From IMG/VR virus record IMGVR_UViG_3300025066_000116, positions 1 to 28,818 of that record: a stretch of 28,818 nucleotides of DNA; one strand, given 5' to 3'. The DNA is from a virus. Lineage: Duplodnaviria; Caudoviricetes. Both the position numbers and the translations under genes were made by a program. How positions within the stretch are numbered: the stretch's first letter is position 1; each line of letters opens with the position of its first letter. Of this stretch, positions 24,561-28,818 are shown in pieces. The notes under the pieces were generated by a model. That model was not told the DNA's origin, searched no databases, and saw only the letters and a list, made by a program, of their open reading frames with translations.

Positions 24561-25220
24561 ATGAAACAGAGAGCAAAAACACATCTGTTACCTACGGATA
24601 GACAAACTTCAATTGTAATTAACAATTCAATTGGGGATAAACAGTTACAGTTTAGACCTGACTTAATAGGTAGTTCCAAAATGGTAAGATCTGCATTGAC
24701 CTTTTATAACCTCTACATCACAACTGATGAAGAGCCTAAAACTGATGATTGGGTTATTGAAACAGCAAATGGCAACGTAGTTGTACAATTTGATGAGATG
24801 TCTCTCAATCAACGTAGCATGGGATGCAGAAAGATCATCGCAACAACTGATCCTGAGTTAGTTATAAATATCAGTAGACCTTTAGGTGTAGTTCAAGAGT
24901 TACCCCAACCTTCACAATCATTCATAGAGCATTACTGTAAAGTAGATGGTCTTGATGAGGTTGATGTGGAGTATGAGAGTAATATTAATAGAGGAGAAAA
25001 GTATTCTAAAGACAGTAAACTACAAACGGGTGATGTGATTTGTAATCCTATTTATATTCCCAAACTAGACTCCAACAACTGCATCATCACTCATTCTATC
25101 AAGGACAGTTATACTCGTGAAGAAGTAATACACATCATGGGACAGTTGTTCGACCAATTAAGTGCAAACAGAGTATTTACTCAAGGAGCATTTGATGAAT
25201 ACGTAGAAGAGTTATTATAA
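24561..25220 (+). CDS. Bacteroidota-phage conserved hypothetical protein
   Basis: LLPTD...LYITTDEE....DW...CRKIIATTD..L...LPQPSQSFIE..V.VEYE pattern recalled from crAss-like/Flavobacteriia phage early genes. Confidence 0.8.
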   Translation: MKQRAKTHLLPTDRQTSIVINNSIGDKQLQFRPDLIGSSKMVRSALTFYNLYITTDEEPKTDDWVIETANGNVVVQFDEMSLNQRSMGCRKIIATTDPELVINISRPLGVVQELPQPSQSFIEHYCKVDGLDEVDVEYESNINRGEKYSKDSKLQTGDVICNPIYIPKLDSNNCIITHSIKDSYTREEVIHIMGQLFDQLSANRVFTQGAFDEYVEELL

Positions 25221-25255
25221 ACCGCATAAAAATCAGAAAACATGCAACAACCTGT

Positions 25256-25677
25256 TTCAAGCAAGCAGTATGATGTGACCTGCGAGAGCGGTGAAGCACG
25301 AGATTACAGCTCTACCTAAGAGCGTTGTTTGTTTGAATGTGTCAAGAGTTATTAGACAGCGAGGCATTGAGTTCGCGTGACGCACTGATTGAGACATCCA
25401 GTATAGGGTAACTGGCAGGTATAACTTATTGAGAGAGTAGTGGTGGGTGATACATCACTTTAGAAAAGTAAGAGTCCTGACAGAAATGCTTAGGATGCCA
25501 TCAGCAATAAATGCCTTTGTAAAGAAGGAGTTGAATAGTTGACATGCTGCTTTTATCTCTCATACTTATTACTCCCTTCCAATTGCAGGTATAGGCCACG
25601 CTTGTTTTGTAGGACATTGTCCACGGCAAGAGAGTCGGACGAATGCGAAAGCTTCAGGGTGCAACCTTGGGGGAGTA
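25256..25677 (+). ncRNA. Cluster of four consecutive multi-branched RNA domains
   Basis: Closing stems 25256-68/25325-37, 25342-52/25421-32, 25430-36/25556-62, 25570-76/25671-77; GNRA loops GAGA, GAAA, GAAA; GC higher than flanks. Confidence 0.55.
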
Positions 25678-25702
25678 TATTTTAATCGATAAAACAAAAA
25701 TA

Positions 25703-26047
25703 ATGAGTGAAATAGGTAATCAATTATGTCATGATATGATCTTTAAGGGATATAAACCCACTAAAGAAGAACATGAACTGATAATTAAAGAAGTTCAAGA
25801 TGAATTCTATGTGGTAGATCCTACTGATATAGAATCAGAATTAGAAGAAAAACAATATGATAAGGACGGTGTTCTTATTGCATGGCATGGTAGAACATCT
25901 TATAAAAGAGATGTACCTAATGATCATGAACGAGATGTATTTGGTAATACTACTAATTACTATCGTAAAAAAACTATTAAAAAGAAATCAAAAACAATCT
26001 ATCCAGTAACTAATCAGGTCTGGGTCAAACCTTCAAAATTTAAATAA
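25703..26047 (+). CDS. Hypothetical protein (start at MSEIGNQ)
   Basis: ATG 25703 has the A-rich leader; ATG 25643 lies inside an RNA hairpin. Confidence 0.75.
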   Translation: MSEIGNQLCHDMIFKGYKPTKEEHELIIKEVQDEFYVVDPTDIESELEEKQYDKDGVLIAWHGRTSYKRDVPNDHERDVFGNTTNYYRKKTIKKKSKTIYPVTNQVWVKPSKFK

Positions 26048-26048
26048 T

Positions 26049-26303
26049 ATGGAAAGTTCACTTTTACTATCACTTCTAGTATTAACATTTGGTATTATCA
26101 GTATTTTAATTGTATATTTTAAGCAAGATGATATTACATTTGTAGTTTCTAATTTATTTCTTATAAGTACTATAATAGGTATAGGACTTTATCGTATATT
26201 TACTGAAGGACCATCATTCTTATTAATACTTTCACCATTACTTTGGACAACGGTATTATGGTTGACCTATAAAAGATATAGACAACTGAATGGAGATACA
26301 TAG
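26049..26303 (+). CDS. Small 3-TM membrane protein
   Basis: Three hydrophobic segments. Confidence 0.7.
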   Translation: MESSLLLSLLVLTFGIISILIVYFKQDDITFVVSNLFLISTIIGIGLYRIFTEGPSFLLILSPLLWTTVLWLTYKRYRQLNGDT

Positions 26304-26430
26304 ATATTGCTATTAGTTTACTAACAATTCCGCCAGAGTGCCTGATACGTTAAAGTCAACTAATATTACCTAGCAATAAAAAACTTTACGATAGGTTGAA
26401 GTAAAGGTTATAACCCTATCCTTTTTAATT

Positions 26431-26568
26431 ATGAAAAAAAGAAGAAAAAAGAAAGATGGTGAATTAATGCATCATATTCAGAAGAAAATGACTGAAAAAA
26501 CTTATAAAGATAAGAAAAAATATGAGCGTAAGAAAAAACACCAAAAAAAACCAGACAAGTTTGATTAA
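26431..26568 (+). CDS. 45-aa Lys-rich peptide with ArfA-like motif
   Basis: MKKRRKKKDGELMHHIQKKMTEKTYKDKKKYERKKKHQKKPDKFD. Confidence 0.6.
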   Translation: MKKRRKKKDGELMHHIQKKMTEKTYKDKKKYERKKKHQKKPDKFD

Positions 26569-26800
26569 TACTAAGTCAAATATACCTAATGCTAGTATTA
26601 TTGAAGGAAAAATTATTATTGGCAAAAAAGAAAAAATACAATTAATATATCTAGATGTATCAAATGTTTATTTACGTACCGATAATAGTGATTTTTCTTC
26701 TAAAAGAGAGTATTATAGTATATGTATAACAGGATCTTCTACATCTTTTTATGTAAATAGTAGAATATTATTAGCTCACCATGTAATTTTTAAAAGATGA
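26561..26800 (+). CDS. 79-aa KR-tail family protein (TTG start inferred; track start 26522)
   Basis: TTG at 26561 overlaps the end of 26431-26568; ends LAHHVIFKR. Confidence 0.6.
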   Translation: MINTKSNIPNASIIEGKIIIGKKEKIQLIYLDVSNVYLRTDNSDFSSKREYYSICITGSSTSFYVNSRILLAHHVIFKR

Positions 26801-27060
26801 TAGCAATTGAACATGATTTTTCAGGACATAAATTAGTTGCTTTTTATATCGAAGGTGATTCCATAAAAATTGATGATAGCGATTTTCTTTTTCTAAAAAA
26901 TCCAAAAACCCTTGTAATATTTTCAATGGCTGCAGGGACAATTGATGGTATTATTGAAGAATTAACAAATAGTGAAACTTTATGTTATGTACCTTATGAA
27001 TTGGAAGATGCAGCTGGAACAGACATAGCAATAACCGTTTTAAAAACACATAGAAGATGA
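26797..27060 (+). CDS. KR-tail family protein (87 aa)
   Basis: ATGA overlap; ends ITVLKTHRR. Confidence 0.7.
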   Translation: MIAIEHDFSGHKLVAFYIEGDSIKIDDSDFLFLKNPKTLVIFSMAAGTIDGIIEELTNSETLCYVPYELEDAAGTDIAITVLKTHRR

Positions 27061-27323
27061 TCATATTAATTCAAAGTAGGGGAAAACAAAATAATATATT
27101 AGCATATATGACTGGTTTTAAAATTTCTAAAAAAACTCCTGAACTTGATACTCATCAACTTGAAAATGTCAGTAATATAATTCTAACAGAACATTCTTTA
27201 GGTGAAGCTTCTTTTTTAAGTGATTACTATGGAACTGAAATTATTAAAAATAAAATTCCATTTCCTATATTTTTACCGAATTTTATACAGATAAATATAA
27301 ATTCTATGGGATATAAACGATAG
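27057..27323 (+). CDS. KR-tail family protein (88 aa)
   Basis: ATGA overlap; ends ININSMGYKR. Confidence 0.7.
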   Translation: MIILIQSRGKQNNILAYMTGFKISKKTPELDTHQLENVSNIILTEHSLGEASFLSDYYGTEIIKNKIPFPIFLPNFIQININSMGYKR

Positions 27324-27364
27324 TTTATATTTTATTACATTACAAAGACTTTGTGTGGTGGACA

Positions 27365-27425
27365 GAGTTCAGTTAGTGGTTTTACTGAACTCGTTAACTG
27401 GGGAGGAGCATTTAGTTTCTCCCCA
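27365..27425 (+). other. Two tandem hairpins
   Basis: GAGTTCAGT/ACTGAACTC and TGGGGAGGAGC/GTTTCTCCCCA. Confidence 0.6.
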
Positions 27426-27439
27426 AAATATTTAAACAT

Positions 27440-27661
27440 ATGTTATTAGCAATATTAAAAAATCCTGAAAGATTCAAAAGCGAAAAAATATGATTTTTCT
27501 TGCTTATGATCATAAACATATTAAATCTTATGTAAGGAGTACAAAATAATTCTAATAAGATTTATATAAATTATCCTGAAAAAAGAAAATTTCTTTGGGA
27601 AACATGTGCAACGAATTTTATCTTTGTCAATCATAGAGCTAAATTAAGTAAAAAAAGATGA
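27440..27661 (+). pseudogene. Disrupted KR-tail family member
   Basis: ATG 27440 and the terminal ...AKLSKKR-TGA are in one frame but interrupted by two stops, bridged by MIFLAYDHKHIKSYVR in another frame. Confidence 0.45.
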
Positions 27662-27897
27662 ATAGAAAATTAGTAAATACTCCATTTGAACAATTAGTAT
27701 TACCTTTAGGTAAAGCTACATTTAAAGGAAGAGTATATATGTATGGACTTTGTCAAGAAGAGGCACGTTCTCTTTTATATGATGGGAAAAATATTGAAGA
27801 TCTATTGATAGTTCTAAATTGGCCTTGGAAAAGAGAAGACGATGAAGCTGAGAAAATGTTCATGTATACTACTAATATTATAAAAACAAGAAGATGA
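27658..27897 (+). CDS. 79-aa KR-tail family protein
   Basis: ATGA overlap; ends TNIIKTRR. Confidence 0.7.
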   Translation: MNRKLVNTPFEQLVLPLGKATFKGRVYMYGLCQEEARSLLYDGKNIEDLLIVLNWPWKREDDEAEKMFMYTTNIIKTRR

Positions 27898-28133
27898 GTA
27901 CATACATGACCAAACCTAAAAAATTCACTGAAGGAAGTATATTTGAATTTCATTGGTTTTTATATAAACGGACATCATCATCTTCTTTATATTGTTTTGG
28001 TGTAAAAACAATTGTTATACATGCTTTATTAACTAGTCCATTTATATCCTACACTTTACCTTTATTAGATAGTATAAGTGCTTCACAGAAACATATAAAT
28101 AGCTTTAAAAATTTAAAAAGTCATAAAAGATGA
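27894..28133 (+). CDS. 79-aa KR-tail family protein
   Basis: ATGA overlap; ends FKNLKSHKR. Confidence 0.65.
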   Translation: MSTYMTKPKKFTEGSIFEFHWFLYKRTSSSSLYCFGVKTIVIHALLTSPFISYTLPLLDSISASQKHINSFKNLKSHKR

Positions 28134-28384
28134 GAGAATATAAATTATTACTTAATACTCCTCTTACATCAGATCCTTTATATCAAGATCAGTATAGAAC
28201 CTGTGTTGAAAAAGGAATAGAAGAGTTAAAGCTCTCTAACTTGATCGTAGAGTTCCTTTGGGGACCATATAAAGAGGAAGGACATGATATCTATTTATAT
28301 TGTAGACTTAACCTTACAGCTGAAGAACTTATTCAAATAGGAGTTAAATTAGGAGAGTATGCAGAACTTTATAATTGTATATAA
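28130..28384 (+). CDS. Hypothetical protein
   Basis: 84 aa; ATGA overlap. Confidence 0.7.
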   Translation: MREYKLLLNTPLTSDPLYQDQYRTCVEKGIEELKLSNLIVEFLWGPYKEEGHDIYLYCRLNLTAEELIQIGVKLGEYAELYNCI

Positions 28385-28686
28385 TGGCAAATAAACAAAA
28401 TTTTCCTGTTAATTCCCTATCATTATTATTAACAGGTAAAGAATACACTGATTTTCTATCAAATGTTGCTTATTCTAGTAGATCTGAAGCAGATATTCAA
28501 ATTCATTTAATGCCTAAACAACATATTAGGAGTTCTCCTCTTATAAGCTGTCTATTTAATTGGAAAGAATCTCCACAAGGAGACCGATACTGGTCAGATA
28601 TGTATAATGCAGTAGCATATATAGAAGATACTGTAATACATCGTGATCTTAGCGGATTAACAAATGCAAAAATTTATAAAAGATGA
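28384..28686 (+). CDS. KR-tail family protein (100 aa) with F-x-W-x2-S-P-Q-G-x2-Y-W motif
   Basis: TAATG overlap at 28384; ends LTNAKIYKR. Confidence 0.7.
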   Translation: MANKQNFPVNSLSLLLTGKEYTDFLSNVAYSSRSEADIQIHLMPKQHIRSSPLISCLFNWKESPQGDRYWSDMYNAVAYIEDTVIHRDLSGLTNAKIYKR

Positions 28687-28818
28687 TAATTTTACTTATA
28701 ATCAGTAGTATATATGGCATATCTGTATTGTACAATAAGATATGGTTACATAAGGCTTATAGTAATGATGGTATATATCGTTTAAACTGGCCTACATCAC
28801 AAGATAAATATGTTTATT
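28683..28818 (+). CDS. Membrane protein, N-terminal part (runs off the window)
   Basis: ATGA overlap; MIILLIISSIYGISVLYNKIWLHKAYSNDGIYRLNWPTSQDKYVY, open to the end. Confidence 0.55.
   Translation, partial: MIILLIISSIYGISVLYNKIWLHKAYSNDGIYRLNWPTSQDKYVY

Noticed and set aside
25242-25319. Short ORF MQQPVSSKQYDVTCESGEARDYSST as a tmRNA tag
   Set aside because: No ALAA-like ending and no tmRNA tRNA-like domain with GGGG...TCCACCA ends; it may still be a small peptide.
1-28818. CRISPR array, diversity-generating retroelement, integrase, intron or intein
   Set aside because: No regularly spaced direct repeats, reverse transcriptase, recombinase or homing endonuclease motifs were seen, and TerL, portal and MCP look uninterrupted.

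Overview
A 28.8 kb segment of a crAss-like (Crassvirales-type) phage, probably infecting Bacteroidota, read in the standard genetic code. The left arm (1-17.8 kb, minus strand) is the late/virion module. In transcription order it encodes small DNA-binding and Zn-finger genes, an IHF/HU-like protein, a GroES-like protein, a putative small terminase, TerL, portal, a scaffold-like protein, the major capsid protein, conserved neighbours, tail/fibre genes and a holin-like gene. It carries four Bacteroidota-type TTTG-N20/21-TAnnTTTG promoters. Transcription diverges at about 17.8 kb. The right arm (plus strand, more AT-rich) is an early/accessory region of short ORFans interleaved with structured non-coding stretches. 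Most notable: (1) two arrays of 79-100 aa, mostly unrelated proteins sharing a C-terminal phi-x-N-phi-x-x-[YFH]-K-R-stop tail, chained by overlapping stop/start codons, five of them exactly 79 aa; (2) an uncalled 24-aa metallothionein-like peptide and a 41-aa Zn-ribbon behind a canonical promoter and structured leader; (3) several multi-branched RNA domains, an atypical tRNA-like cloverleaf and a terminator whose loop is antisense to a start codon; (4) uncalled 45-aa ArfA-like and S15-like basic peptides. All family assignments come from motif recall and gene order, not database searches, and RNA folds were paired by eye.
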